A DNA stretch of 43,336 bases from a virus. Both the position numbers and the translations under genes were made by a program. How positions within the stretch are numbered: the stretch's first letter is position 1; each line of letters opens with the position of its first letter. The notes beneath the pieces were generated by a model that worked only from the letters and a program-made list of their open reading frames with translations, made no database searches and was not told the DNA's origin. The stretch lies in the IMG/VR virus record IMGVR_UViG_3300042478_002332, one strand, 5' to 3'. Shown here one piece after another: positions 20,403 through 29,893 of this stretch.

Positions 20403-22819
20403 GGCAGCACCGAGAAGGTGAAAGTCGGCTTCCCTGGGTCTTGGCAGACAGCATCCTCGGTCATGTATTTCCCTTCTGGGTCGTAGTTTTCTAACCACCA
20501 CGCACCCGGCCCCCATGTGCTAAATACGGCATCACCTAGTTCAATGCTGATCGGGGTCATGGTTTCTTCGTCATGCACGATACGAAGTATCGGATAGCAC
20601 CATAAGCATTGGCGGTATGTGTTGTTCCAGTTTCCGCCGAACCCGACCATCCGCTCAATCGTGCCACACACAAAAGAACCGTCTTGAAACCATCCCGGCT
20701 GATTGTTCCATTCCCATCCGCATGTATCAGTGCGAACAATGCGAAGGGTGACGCTAGGCAAGGCGTGGTATTCGAAGCATCGTCCACCTACCGACGCAAA
20801 TATATCCTTCCAGTCCTCGCACCACTGCCCGGTGGTATCTACTTGTCCACCAATGGAAACGGACGAACTCCATCCACACCCACTACCGGAGTCTGCGCTG
20901 CTTGAAGAAAAGGCTCCCCAGGTGACTTCGGCGTAAAGGGCATTCATGTCTTCGGCCGAAATCCGCCTACATGCGTCCACTTCCTCGTATTCGCCGCCGC
21001 TTTGAACGTGCGCCGTCGCGCCGTCTGTCGATTGCGTTGCAGGATGTGACCAAGCCGGAACTGGCAAGCCGTTTGCCGTGATGTCAATTTCGGAGCAATC
21101 CTGTACGTTCTCCGATGCTACGAAGTAGCCATAGGCCGCATGATACAAATAACCGCCACCCAGCGGCAGATTCCCCTGCCCGCGTTGATGCAAATACAGA
21201 TTGATGGTCATTGGTTCATCCGGCCCGCGATACTGCACTAGCACGGCTTCGGCTTCCAACGCGCAACTGTCGATGTTGGCGCATGTGTATCCGTAGGTAC
21301 ATTCGTCAGGCGAACCTGCCATCGGGAAGAACCCGTAGATCGAAGCCGACCAGTATGTGTATTTCCGCTTCACGACGATGGATCGGCCGTTGAACCTGTT
21401 GAGGCAACTCTCAAACACTTCGTGCGCCAGATAACCGTCGCCGCCTTCATCTACGTTGACCCCCGTGATCTGCCCAAACGTCTCGCTCTCTGGATCGTCA
21501 TCGACCACACCAGACAGAACTGCCCCACTCCCGTTGCTTGGGGCAATGTTAGAGGCGCTTGCAGTGACCTCCGCAACATATGGCGGTTCGTCCGCATCTT
21601 CGCGGTAGTAAGAGCCGCCTTCATCGATATCGACACTATCCGCCTCGCCGGAATCCCCGTAGTAGATGCCGCCGTTAGTAACCTCGACAGCGGTGATTGG
21701 GCCTCCCTTTAGATACTCGCCGCCGCTCCATAGCGTGATTGACAGAATGGCGCCGGAAGCATCAACGGATTCAACCCATGCGAAGCACGAATACCGAGTT
21801 ATACCATCATCCGCTATTACATCGACCGTATTGTAGACCTCGTATCCGCTGCCTGCATCTTCAATGGTGATCGCGGAAACCTCCCACGCATCCGATCCAT
21901 CGTAGGACACAACCGGCGCCAGCGTGATCGACAGCGCGGCGCCCGTTCCTGCGGTGGTCGAAACGGAAGCCGAAACGGTGGGTTCCGCGTGCGCGGCTTT
22001 CACGAAGAAATCAGCCGGCCCCACGGTTATCGTGTTCGTGGATGGAGTGAGCGTGGCAACGTCGCCCGTAACGTACAAATCTCCAGCGGTATCAACGGTG
22101 ACGCTATCGACGCGCCATTGCGGTGGATCGCCTGGGATAGCGTCAAACGATACGCTTATCATCGCGCCTGTGCCTTGCTCCGAACTCACCTCAATCGTTG
22201 CTTCCGGCTCAAGGCGAACTGTTTGCAGCCGCGCCACCGCGGCCGATTGTTCCGAATCGCCCTCCGCAGCCGAAAAGGTGATAGATTGATTGTCAACATA
22301 CCCCGAGCCACCGGTCACCACAGAAACCTTGGAAACTTTCCAATAGTCAAGGTTGCAAGAGTCCTTTGCCGCCGCGAGCGTTATGGATAACTCCGCGCCG
22401 CTGCCGCCGTCTGCGGTCGCTGTGACGGTGGGAATCACGCGCCCCAGCCTCGCGTAGCCGCTGCCGCCGTTTGTGACCGTTGCGGCCGTAATGGGGCCGC
22501 GGTCATTTTCATAGTCGCTGGCCGGCGCTGACTGCACCGGCGCCGCGGCGTGTCCGGCGGCACCACTGCCGTAGCAAGACGAGAAAGAAAGCGTGACAAG
22601 CGGCGGGCCGAGCGTCGTTGACGGGATGCCCGAAATGGCAACGGTCAACGTTTCCGGCAGCGTTCCCTCGGCGCATTGCCCGCACGCGCCGCAGCACGCG
22701 CTACACTCCGAACCCAGCATAAATCCAAAGGGGTACATCCCCGCGGCCAGTGCGACCACAAGCCAAAGCGGAACCGCGGTTGGATCGGCCGCAATTGCGG
22801 CCAGCATTTCGATTAGCAT
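20399..22819 (-). CDS. large tail fibre / receptor-binding-type protein with six GG(S/D)GY modules, an N-terminal hydrophobic segment and a Cys cluster
   Basis: Modules: TNGGSGYARLG, VTGGSGYVDNQ, EDAGSGYEVYN, TNGGIYYGDSG, DEGGSYYRED, DEGGDGYLAHE. N-terminus PLWLVVALAAGMYPFGFML-GSECSACCGACGQCAEG. The start ATG 22819 overlaps the upstream stop (ATGCTAA). Confidence 0.6.
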   Translation of the reverse strand: MLIEMLAAIAADPTAVPLWLVVALAAGMYPFGFMLGSECSACCGACGQCAEGTLPETLTVAISGIPSTTLGPPLVTLSFSSCYGSGAAGHAAAPVQSAPASDYENDRGPITAATVTNGGSGYARLGRVIPTVTATADGGSGAELSITLAAAKDSCNLDYWKVSKVSVVTGGSGYVDNQSITFSAAEGDSEQSAAVARLQTVRLEPEATIEVSSEQGTGAMISVSFDAIPGDPPQWRVDSVTVDTAGDLYVTGDVATLTPSTNTITVGPADFFVKAAHAEPTVSASVSTTAGTGAALSITLAPVVSYDGSDAWEVSAITIEDAGSGYEVYNTVDVIADDGITRYSCFAWVESVDASGAILSITLWSGGEYLKGGPITAVEVTNGGIYYGDSGEADSVDIDEGGSYYREDADEPPYVAEVTASASNIAPSNGSGAVLSGVVDDDPESETFGQITGVNVDEGGDGYLAHEVFESCLNRFNGRSIVVKRKYTYWSASIYGFFPMAGSPDECTYGYTCANIDSCALEAEAVLVQYRGPDEPMTINLYLHQRGQGNLPLGGGYLYHAAYGYFVASENVQDCSEIDITANGLPVPAWSHPATQSTDGATAHVQSGGEYEEVDACRRISAEDMNALYAEVTWGAFSSSSADSGSGCGWSSSVSIGGQVDTTGQWCEDWKDIFASVGGRCFEYHALPSVTLRIVRTDTCGWEWNNQPGWFQDGSFVCGTIERMVGFGGNWNNTYRQCLWCYPILRIVHDEETMTPISIELGDAVFSTWGPGAWWLENYDPEGKYMTEDAVCQDPGKPTFTFSVLP

Positions 22820-23601
22820 TCCGCCGCCACTAGATGCCATGTGCCGTCGATGTTCGCGCACGCCACCCAGCGTGGCGCCGTTGTCGTGACGGTGGCGAAA
22901 CGGTTAATCGCTTCGAACGTAGGATCAGAATCCTCGTCTTCGTATTCCGTGCCGTCGCCGTTGTATCGCGTGACTGTCTTTGTCGATCCCTTGGCCCATG
23001 TGCTTAAAATCTTGCCCAGCCGGATGCCCTGCGGAACGTGCGAAACGCGCGAAGACAGCATGACCAGCGCCCATTTTCCGGCGCCGGTTCCCGATTGTTT
23101 CCAGATGATTGGATACCCAACGGAGCCGGAAGTCTTCATTTCCGCGACTTCGTTGTATTTCGTTGTCGCGAGCGTATGCGAGGCCGATTTGATATCGATC
23201 CGCGCTTGCACAACGCCAGACACGGCGACCATGCCAACGCTGCCGGCGGGGATGGGCTGGATGGCAATTACGGCAATCGTTTCTTCGCCATACGGCAAGT
23301 CGCCGCGAATCACGGGCTGCGATTGAAATTGCAACGTTTCGGCATCGCTTGCCGTTGATGTAGGCTCAATCTCCAAACTCTCTATTGCTAGCACTCCGTA
23401 CCGCGGAACATCTTCCGCCGAATTGTTTTTGCATGGCAGCACAACATAGGGAGCGATCGCCGTCCGCGGCCCCGCCGCATTCATCCCAGCGCCTGCGCCA
23501 AGAACAATATCGGCGGCATCCTGCGCGCGGTTCCACGCGCGCGCCGAAATGGCCGACTCCAACGGCTGCCCCGGCTCAATGCGTCCGTTTGGCGCCGCCA
23601 T
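22813..23601 (-). CDS. tail-tip / baseplate-region structural protein (262 aa)
   Basis: Position between the distal tail gene and the fibre gene. Coupled starts and stops. Confidence 0.45.
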   Translation of the reverse strand: MAAPNGRIEPGQPLESAISARAWNRAQDAADIVLGAGAGMNAAGPRTAIAPYVVLPCKNNSAEDVPRYGVLAIESLEIEPTSTASDAETLQFQSQPVIRGDLPYGEETIAVIAIQPIPAGSVGMVAVSGVVQARIDIKSASHTLATTKYNEVAEMKTSGSVGYPIIWKQSGTGAGKWALVMLSSRVSHVPQGIRLGKILSTWAKGSTKTVTRYNGDGTEYEDEDSDPTFEAINRFATVTTTAPRWVACANIDGTWHLVAAEC

Positions 23602-24476
23602 TAGTTCGTGCCGATTCCCAATTTAGAAAAATCGCCGTCGCGGTAAACCTTGTTTACATAAACATGGCGCGGCTTTTTGATGAGTGTTTTTTGTGATACG
23701 TCGGCTTCGTACCGCACCCACATATATTCGTGGCCTTTTTTCTCTATGTCTGCAATATCGCCAATCGACAGCGCCGGCAGCGTGGCGCCCGATCCGGCGT
23801 TTGGGGATGCGATAAACTTAAACGCGAGCGACCAAGGCCCATCCCCTTTTTTTTCGTCCCATTCCTGTTGCCCGCTGCACCCCACAAAAAGCACCTCGCC
23901 GGCTGCGAACGTGCGGAACGCGGATTCATTCGTCGTTCCGGTGAGGGAAGCCACGGTCTTGATCCACTCCGCTGTAACGTATTGCGCCGGAACATCGTAG
24001 GTTTCAGACCATTGCAGCGCCGGCACCACGATATCGACGCCGCCTACGCGCTCATCGTCAACGCCGATTGCCTTTTTCTGATCGGGCGCGTTCGTGCCGA
24101 ACCGCGATTCCGAAATGGCTTGCGTGATGTGATGCGTGCCGCCGCCCGTGTCGAATGAGCGGGCGCGCTTCAGCGGCTCCGGTTCGTTGTCATCGTCCGC
24201 ACCTTTCTTTTCATAATTGATGGTCAGTTGCCAGCACTGATCCCCCAAATACGAAAGCGTGTACGATTCGACCGTGCATTGCGCCGTGGAGTATGGGTAT
24301 TGCCAATAATAGAGGCTATCCATCACGGTCTGCGAAACGTCGGCATGGACAACCTGATCATCGTCGCTACCGAAAATCTTGAACGACTTCGTATAGGAAG
24401 CCGTTCCGCGCGTGCCGGCGCGCACGATGGTCGCCGCGCGGCTTGCCTTGTCTTCGATCCAGGTTAATCCCGGCAT
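23601..24476 (-). CDS. distal tail protein candidate (291 aa)
   Basis: Lies immediately downstream of the tape measure gene. Called by position only. Confidence 0.45.
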   Translation of the reverse strand: MPGLTWIEDKASRAATIVRAGTRGTASYTKSFKIFGSDDDQVVHADVSQTVMDSLYYWQYPYSTAQCTVESYTLSYLGDQCWQLTINYEKKGADDDNEPEPLKRARSFDTGGGTHHITQAISESRFGTNAPDQKKAIGVDDERVGGVDIVVPALQWSETYDVPAQYVTAEWIKTVASLTGTTNESAFRTFAAGEVLFVGCSGQQEWDEKKGDGPWSLAFKFIASPNAGSGATLPALSIGDIADIEKKGHEYMWVRYEADVSQKTLIKKPRHVYVNKVYRDGDFSKLGIGTN

Positions 24477-27400
24477 TATTCTCCCACCTTTGGCTTCTTG
24501 GGATCGCGGGTATTCTTCGCGGTTTCCTCCGTGGCCTTTGCGATCCGCTCTTGCAGCGTTGACCCGAAGCCCATGCCGGCCGCGGCGACCGCGGAGAATG
24601 TGCCGGCAACCTCGCTTTTAGATTTCATCGAATCATTGCCCGCAGCCTGCGCGCCGTCTTCGGTCGCCTTCCGCGTGGCCTCCGCGTTGTCTTGCTCGCG
24701 CGCCGCGATTTCCTCCTGCTTGATTCCAAGTTGTTCCTGCATCCGCAGAAACTCCTCCTCCGTGAGCCGGCCGGCGGCGTTCAATGCGTGGAGTTGTGCG
24801 GCGAGGTCGTGCAATTCGTCCATCGTCTGCGCGGAGCCGATGCCTTGCTCTAGTTCCGCGGCTTGCTCGCGCTGGACGCGGTTTTCCTTGCCGGCCCGCG
24901 TCTTTTGGTCAAGGTTGCTTTCCGCGGCAACCGTAGCCGCGCGGCGCTCATCCGCGCGGCGCTGATTCTCGCGCTCGCGGTCTGCCTTCGTTTGCTCCGC
25001 GCCGGCAGCCATTGCGCCCTGACGCTGCGCGGCTTCGGCTTTCATTTGGTCGCCTTGCTCGCGGGCTGCGCGTTGCCGGCCCTCAATCCCAGGCCGCGAC
25101 TGCGCCCGCTGCTCCGCGCGGGCTTCGTTTTCGTTGTCGATCGCCTTGATGCGCTCTTCGGTATCCTTCGCGCCGGTAATGAAACCTTGAACGCGAATCC
25201 AGGCTTTTTGCACGCTGGCGACAAGCCAATCAAACGTCGCCATTACCGTGTTGGCGATGTTGTCAAAAACGCCAATGATCGCGGCGCCGATTTGCGTTGT
25301 GGCAAGCGTTGTCCACATTTGATCCCAAAGGATCGCGATATTCGTTCCTAAATCCGTGAACACGTTTTGCAGCGCGGTAATCCACGGATCGACATAGGAC
25401 ATGATCGCTTCGACGCCGCGCAGCCATCCGGCGACAAGCCCAGCCCAAAGGATATCCATCGCGCCGGATAGGTCGCCCGCGGTGATCGCTTCGTAGATGC
25501 CGCCGAAAGTTTTCGTGGCCGTGCTGTAAAGATCACCCATCACTACCGCGCCATCGGCCACGGCGGCATTAAACCCCGTCCCTAGCGCGGAGGCGGCTTG
25601 CCCGACAAGATCACCAACCGGCGCGAGCGCCGATCGAATCTGCCCGCCGAAGTTGTAGACCAGCGCCCCGGCGCCAGCGATGGCGGCGCCGATCGCGAGG
25701 ATGGGCGCCGCGGGCGCCAGCCACGCCGCAGCCACCGCGGCGGCGCTGGCAACCGATCCGGCGACCACTCGCGCGGCCCCGGCCAGATAGCCCCCGAATG
25801 CGGAAGCCGCCGCCCCGGCAAACGCTGCCAGCCCCGGCATTCCGCCGGCTACCCAGGCTGCCGCGATCCTGGCCGCATTAGCGACGGTTGCAGCCGCCGC
25901 GGCTGCCGTCTGGGCAATGTATCGCCCTAGGGACGCTGCGGCCTGCACAGCGAAAGCGGTGAGCGCTGGGAAGGTTTTCGCCAGCCATGCCCCGGCGATA
26001 GCCGCGGCCCCGCTGACGGTTGCCCCGACAGCGGCGACAACCTCGCCAACGTAGACCGCAAGCGACGTTCCGGCAGCCGCCACGGTCGCGGCCACGGCGC
26101 GGGCGACGGTCGCGGCCCACGCGGCAGCCATCCGCGCGGCCCCGGTGACGGTCGCGGCCACCGCGGTAGCCACGGATGCCGCGTAGCGGCGGATGCCTGC
26201 GGTCGATTCGACCGCGAAGCGGGCGACGGCGGTTCCCGCCTCGCGGCCAATGGCAACGCCCATCGCGACGAACTCCGCAGCCGCGCGGCGAGCCGGCCCC
26301 GTGAGCCGCGCAAGGTCGCTGGCAAGCGCGGAGCCGAAACCGCCAATGCCGCCGATTGCGTTCCTCAACAGCGCGATAGATGCAATCTGCCCGCGAACCC
26401 CGCGAGCGAAGGCGACGAAAAACCCGCTGCCGGCAGCGGTGGCGCGACCAAAGCCGGTGACGAACGCGGGGAAGGCTGCCGCCGCGGTGGATGCCGCAAG
26501 CGCGCCGAACGTCCGCAGCGCGTTGACGCCTGCGGCCCCAAACGCGAGCGAAGCCCGCACGGCAGAACCCATTGCCGCCGCCATCGATCCCAGCGCGCTC
26601 GCGGCCCCGGTTGCGGCGGAAATCATCTTGCCACCCAGCCCAACGGCAACCCCGGCGAGCGATACGGCAGCGGATGCCGCCGCGGTCGCGAGGCTGGACG
26701 CGAGGCCCACAAGCAAGCCCACCGGCGCTAGCACCGCTTTTGCAGCCCCCAGCACGCCACCCAGGCCAAACGCCACCGTTTGCAGCACTACCCCCAGCCC
26801 CACCAGCGCCCCGCCGGCAGCGACCGCGCCAAAGGCTACGTTTGAAAGCGTGGCAACTAGCGCCGCGTTTTTCGTGGCGAAATTGGTAATGGCATTAATC
26901 AATCCCAGGATCGGCGGCAGCGTCGATTGAATGCCGCCCGCGAGCGCGTCGGAAATGGCAATCGCTAGCCGCTCCATAGCGGCGGAAATCTTCATACCAG
27001 CGCCGGAAAGGCCGCTCATCAGCGCCTGGAACTTTTGCGATACGGGCATTGCGTTGCCCATCGCATCGGTCATCGATTCGAAGCCTTCGACGCCAACCCG
27101 CGTAAAGATTTCCGCAGCGCGAATCGCATCCTGACCAAACACGCGGCGAAAGATATCGTCGCGCAGTGTTTTGTCCATATCGCGCGTGGCGTCGGATATG
27201 GTGCGAATAATGTCCACCATCGGTTTCATCGTTCCATCCGCATTGCGGAACGACATAACCGATAGGCCCATTTCCGCCAGCGCTTCCTGCGCTTCGTCTA
27301 CCGGCGCCTTCAATCGCAAAAGCATTGTCTTTAGCGATGTGCCGGCGTCACTGCCCTTAACGCCATTATTCGACAGCACGGCAAGCGCGGCGGAAACGTC

Positions 27401-28003
27401 GCCAATCGATTGATTCGACTGCGCCGCCACGGCGGCGACCATCGAAAACGATTCGGCCATTTTCGCAATCGATGTGCTGGACGAATCCGCCGCGGCGCTC
27501 AACGTGTTCGCGGCGGTTTCCGCCGACACGCCAAAAACGGTCATCGCGTCAGACATGACCACCGCAGCGGTCGCAACGTCTAATTCGCCAACCTTGGCAA
27601 ACTCAATCGCGGATTTTCCGGCGCCGCCAAGAACGTCGCCTAGGCTCATGCCAGCCTTTAGCAACTCCAGCATTCCCTGCGTGGCCTGCGTTGGGCCAAC
27701 GCCGAGCGCCTGCGACATTTGCATAGCCGCAGCGCGAACCGCATCCAGTTCCGCCGCGGTGGCGCCGGTCGATGCGCGGATCGCCAACAGCGTATCTTGA
27801 AACTTCGTGCCGGCCGCGATGCTCGCCACGAACGGCGCCGCCAGCCCAACACCGGCGCCGCCTAGGCGCGCGCCTATCGATGATAGGTCGCGGCCTAGGC
27901 CGGCAATCCGTGCGTTAATCTTCTTCAGCGCGCCGAAAAACTTCGAAGGATCGGCGCCGATTTCGACATAGACTTGCCCGCTGCGTACCTTCGAACTGCT
28001 CAT
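24476..28003 (-). CDS. tail tape measure protein
   Basis: 1175 aa. Has a TP901-type core (KAGMSLGDVLGGAGKSAIEFAKVGELDVATAAVVMSDAMTVFG), long Ala/Gly-rich helical repeats and a coiled-coil tail. Confidence 0.9.
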   Translation of the reverse strand: MSSSKVRSGQVYVEIGADPSKFFGALKKINARIAGLGRDLSSIGARLGGAGVGLAAPFVASIAAGTKFQDTLLAIRASTGATAAELDAVRAAAMQMSQALGVGPTQATQGMLELLKAGMSLGDVLGGAGKSAIEFAKVGELDVATAAVVMSDAMTVFGVSAETAANTLSAAADSSSTSIAKMAESFSMVAAVAAQSNQSIGDVSAALAVLSNNGVKGSDAGTSLKTMLLRLKAPVDEAQEALAEMGLSVMSFRNADGTMKPMVDIIRTISDATRDMDKTLRDDIFRRVFGQDAIRAAEIFTRVGVEGFESMTDAMGNAMPVSQKFQALMSGLSGAGMKISAAMERLAIAISDALAGGIQSTLPPILGLINAITNFATKNAALVATLSNVAFGAVAAGGALVGLGVVLQTVAFGLGGVLGAAKAVLAPVGLLVGLASSLATAAASAAVSLAGVAVGLGGKMISAATGAASALGSMAAAMGSAVRASLAFGAAGVNALRTFGALAASTAAAAFPAFVTGFGRATAAGSGFFVAFARGVRGQIASIALLRNAIGGIGGFGSALASDLARLTGPARRAAAEFVAMGVAIGREAGTAVARFAVESTAGIRRYAASVATAVAATVTGAARMAAAWAATVARAVAATVAAAGTSLAVYVGEVVAAVGATVSGAAAIAGAWLAKTFPALTAFAVQAAASLGRYIAQTAAAAAATVANAARIAAAWVAGGMPGLAAFAGAAASAFGGYLAGAARVVAGSVASAAAVAAAWLAPAAPILAIGAAIAGAGALVYNFGGQIRSALAPVGDLVGQAASALGTGFNAAVADGAVVMGDLYSTATKTFGGIYEAITAGDLSGAMDILWAGLVAGWLRGVEAIMSYVDPWITALQNVFTDLGTNIAILWDQMWTTLATTQIGAAIIGVFDNIANTVMATFDWLVASVQKAWIRVQGFITGAKDTEERIKAIDNENEARAEQRAQSRPGIEGRQRAAREQGDQMKAEAAQRQGAMAAGAEQTKADRERENQRRADERRAATVAAESNLDQKTRAGKENRVQREQAAELEQGIGSAQTMDELHDLAAQLHALNAAGRLTEEEFLRMQEQLGIKQEEIAAREQDNAEATRKATEDGAQAAGNDSMKSKSEVAGTFSAVAAAGMGFGSTLQERIAKATEETAKNTRDPKKPKVGE

Positions 28004-28760
28004 ACGAACTTAGCCCAATCGGGGCCGAAAAGCCGCTTCAAGTCTTCTGGCGTGGCTTGCTTTGGCTTCGGCTTTTTGATGAACGGATGAAACTTCGAAG
28101 GCTCCGCGGTTGGTTTACTCTGCGGCTTGTTGGCGTTGTAGAACTGCGCCAACAGGTTTGCCGTATGCCACCAATCGCTTTCTAGGCGGGCATCCCTTGC
28201 GGCGAATAGTTGTCGGATTGTCCATTCACCGGGATGGCATCCGATGATGCCGGCAGATTCCCAGACGGCATCCCAGATGGTGCGGCGAGGCTTTCCGCCG
28301 TCGCTTCGTTTACCTGCGCCTCCGCGCGGCCCAACATTTCGGCGCTCACTTCGTCCATCTTCGCGCCGATCAGCCGAACCATCTTTCGGAGGCGCTGCGG
28401 GAAAAAATCGGCTAACTCGCTTTCAAGCGCCCGCGTTGCGCTCTCCAGCGAATCACCGCGCAGCCCGTCTAGAAATTGCTCTTTCGTCAGCCCTTTTTCC
28501 GCAACCTGTGCGATGAGGATTGCATAAAGCACTTCGCCCGCTTTCACGAACTGGCTGCGCAGGATTTGGAACGTCTGGCCGATCGTGGAAACGTCGCCAA
28601 TATCGAACGGCACTTGCACGCGAACGCGCTTGATCGTGCCGTCTTCCTGCGGCTGTTCCTCCACCGTGTCGATGCTGACCATATCGCGGACACGCAGCGC
28701 GGCGCCGATCGTCAGCGCCAGCCGCCACGGTCGCCCCTCATCATCGCGGAACTCAATCAC
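28000..28760 (-). CDS. tail assembly chaperone GT-type fusion product made by a -1 programmed frameshift (candidate)
   Basis: The -1 frame is open from the slippery site to a TGA at 28002-28000 that overlaps the tape-measure ATG (ATGA). That frame has no ATG or GTG anywhere along it. Confidence 0.55.
28182..28760 (-). CDS. tail assembly chaperone (G-like, 192 aa)
   Basis: Lies between the tail-tube genes and the tape measure. The C-terminus is acidic. Confidence 0.65.
   Translation of the reverse strand: MIEFRDDEGRPWRLALTIGAALRVRDMVSIDTVEEQPQEDGTIKRVRVQVPFDIGDVSTIGQTFQILRSQFVKAGEVLYAILIAQVAEKGLTKEQFLDGLRGDSLESATRALESELADFFPQRLRKMVRLIGAKMDEVSAEMLGRAEAQVNEATAESLAAPSGMPSGNLPASSDAIPVNGQSDNYSPQGMPA
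28401..28407 (-). promoter_or_regulatory. Candidate slippery heptamer U_UUU_UUC in frame 0 of the chaperone gene
   Basis: Minus strand GAT TTT TTC (ADFFPQ). The codon register was checked against ORF coordinates. Confidence 0.45.
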
Positions 28761-28788
28761 GATCTACCCTCCGTGCAAATGGTGCGGA

Positions 28789-29142
28789 CTAGAAAATCTG
28801 CCGCCCCAATTTTGCTTCGACCGTGAAGGTTGCTACCCCGTCTATGGGATCGGTTTCGGAAACCGAAGTGACAATGGCGGGAAAAGACCATCCGCCGGCG
28901 CCGCCGGAAACAGTCAACAGCGTCCCATCCTTCAGCGCGTCAAACGCGCCCCCCAGGTCGCTGCTATCGTTGAACTCAATGGAAACGGACGCATCCCAGC
29001 CGACAGAGTAGACGGCAGCCTCGCGGCTGCCGAACTCCTCAATTTCGATTGTTCGCGCCGTGCCGCTAAACGTGACACTGCGAGCGCTGGCAACGGTTCC
29101 ACCGCATGAAACGGTGCAATCTTTGCCGAGCGTAATCGCCAC
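28789..29142 (-). CDS. tail-tube-like protein, paralogue 3 (GTG start)
   Basis: MAITLGKD...IEIEEFG...SIEF...IVTSVSETDPIDGVATFTVEA, with AAGGAAGG upstream. Confidence 0.6.
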   Translation of the reverse strand: MAITLGKDCTVSCGGTVASARSVTFSGTARTIEIEEFGSREAAVYSVGWDASVSIEFNDSSDLGGAFDALKDGTLLTVSGGAGGWSFPAIVTSVSETDPIDGVATFTVEAKLGRQIF

Positions 29143-29146
29143 GTTA

Positions 29147-29467
29147 TCAGCCTTCCTTGATCGTCAGCGTATAGGTCACAGCGCCATCGACGCTGATATT
29201 CTCGCTCACGCTCATTACGGAAAACTGGCCGCTCGTTGCTTGCGCCTGAAGGCTAGTGATAACCCCCGTTGCGTCGTGGCATTCGACTTCCCACGTTCGC
29301 GTAGTAAACCCAGCCATGTTTGCTTTGTAGCCGGGGGCGCCGGTCGAGCCGCCGCAGTTGTCGCGATTCGTCACATCGACAACTTCTTGATCTTCTGTGT
29401 AAGAAGCACTGATGATGCCGGCGCCAAACGGCGGCGCCGATCCATCCTTACCGAGCGCAATAGCCAT
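29147..29467 (-). CDS. tail-tube-like protein, paralogue 2
   Basis: MAIALGKD...VVDVTNRD...EVECHD...VMSVSENISVDGAVTYTLT. Confidence 0.6.
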   Translation of the reverse strand: MAIALGKDGSAPPFGAGIISASYTEDQEVVDVTNRDNCGGSTGAPGYKANMAGFTTRTWEVECHDATGVITSLQAQATSGQFSVMSVSENISVDGAVTYTLTIKEG

Positions 29468-29502
29468 GCGGCATATCCTCTATGTGGTGCGGGGTTGCTT
29501 GA

Positions 29503-29826
29503 TTACTGAATCGCGCGAGCGGCCGAAACCGTATAGGTTTTTATGCCGTCGATCGGATCGTCAGACTTCACGGAAGTGACGATGAAATCAGCGGAGCCGG
29601 TTTCGGTTCCGCCGAGCGTGAACGTGTCGCCGGCCTCGACGCCGGGATCGTCCACGCATTCGACTTCGCAAGTCTGCTCAATGAGCGCCTTGCGAAAGCG
29701 CCGCGAAGTGTCGCCAAACTTGGTTACGTCTACTTCGCTTGCGGTGTTCGTAACCGTGCAACTGCGGGCATTGCTAATGCCCGTAACGGTCACATCTTTT
29801 CCCAGCAAAATCGTCGCGGAAGGCAT
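29503..29826 (-). CDS. tail-tube-like protein, paralogue 1
   Basis: Trimmed to ATG 29826 (CAGGAGC upstream). Reads MPSATILLGKD...EVDVTKFGD...EVECVDD...IVTSVKSDDPIDGIKTYTVSA. Confidence 0.6.
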   Translation of the reverse strand: MPSATILLGKDVTVTGISNARSCTVTNTASEVDVTKFGDTSRRFRKALIEQTCEVECVDDPGVEAGDTFTLGGTETGSADFIVTSVKSDDPIDGIKTYTVSAARAIQ

Positions 29827-29855
29827 ATTGAAAATGCTCCTGGGGCAATACCGCG

Positions 29856-29890
29856 AGCCTATCGCGGCTGGAGCAATCCGCGCGGGTCTA
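29856..29890 (-). promoter_or_regulatory. Bipartite motif copy a: TAGACC-N23-TAGGCT
   Basis: Minus strand: TGACCATAGACCcgcgcggattgctccagccgcgaTAGGCT, 29 nt before the ATG of tube paralogue 1. Confidence 0.45.
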
Positions 29891-29893
29891 TGG

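Noticed and set aside
20399-24476. Diversity-generating retroelement targeting the fibre genes
   Set aside because: No reverse transcriptase ORF and no template/variable repeat pair could be found by eye anywhere in the genome. The internal repeats are protein-domain repeats.
24498-27800. Series of plus-strand ORFs (155-245 aa) opposite the tape measure gene
   Set aside because: They are shadow ORFs of an Ala/Gly-rich gene. Their composition is Pro/Arg/Ala-rich, and they overlap a confidently called 1175-aa gene.
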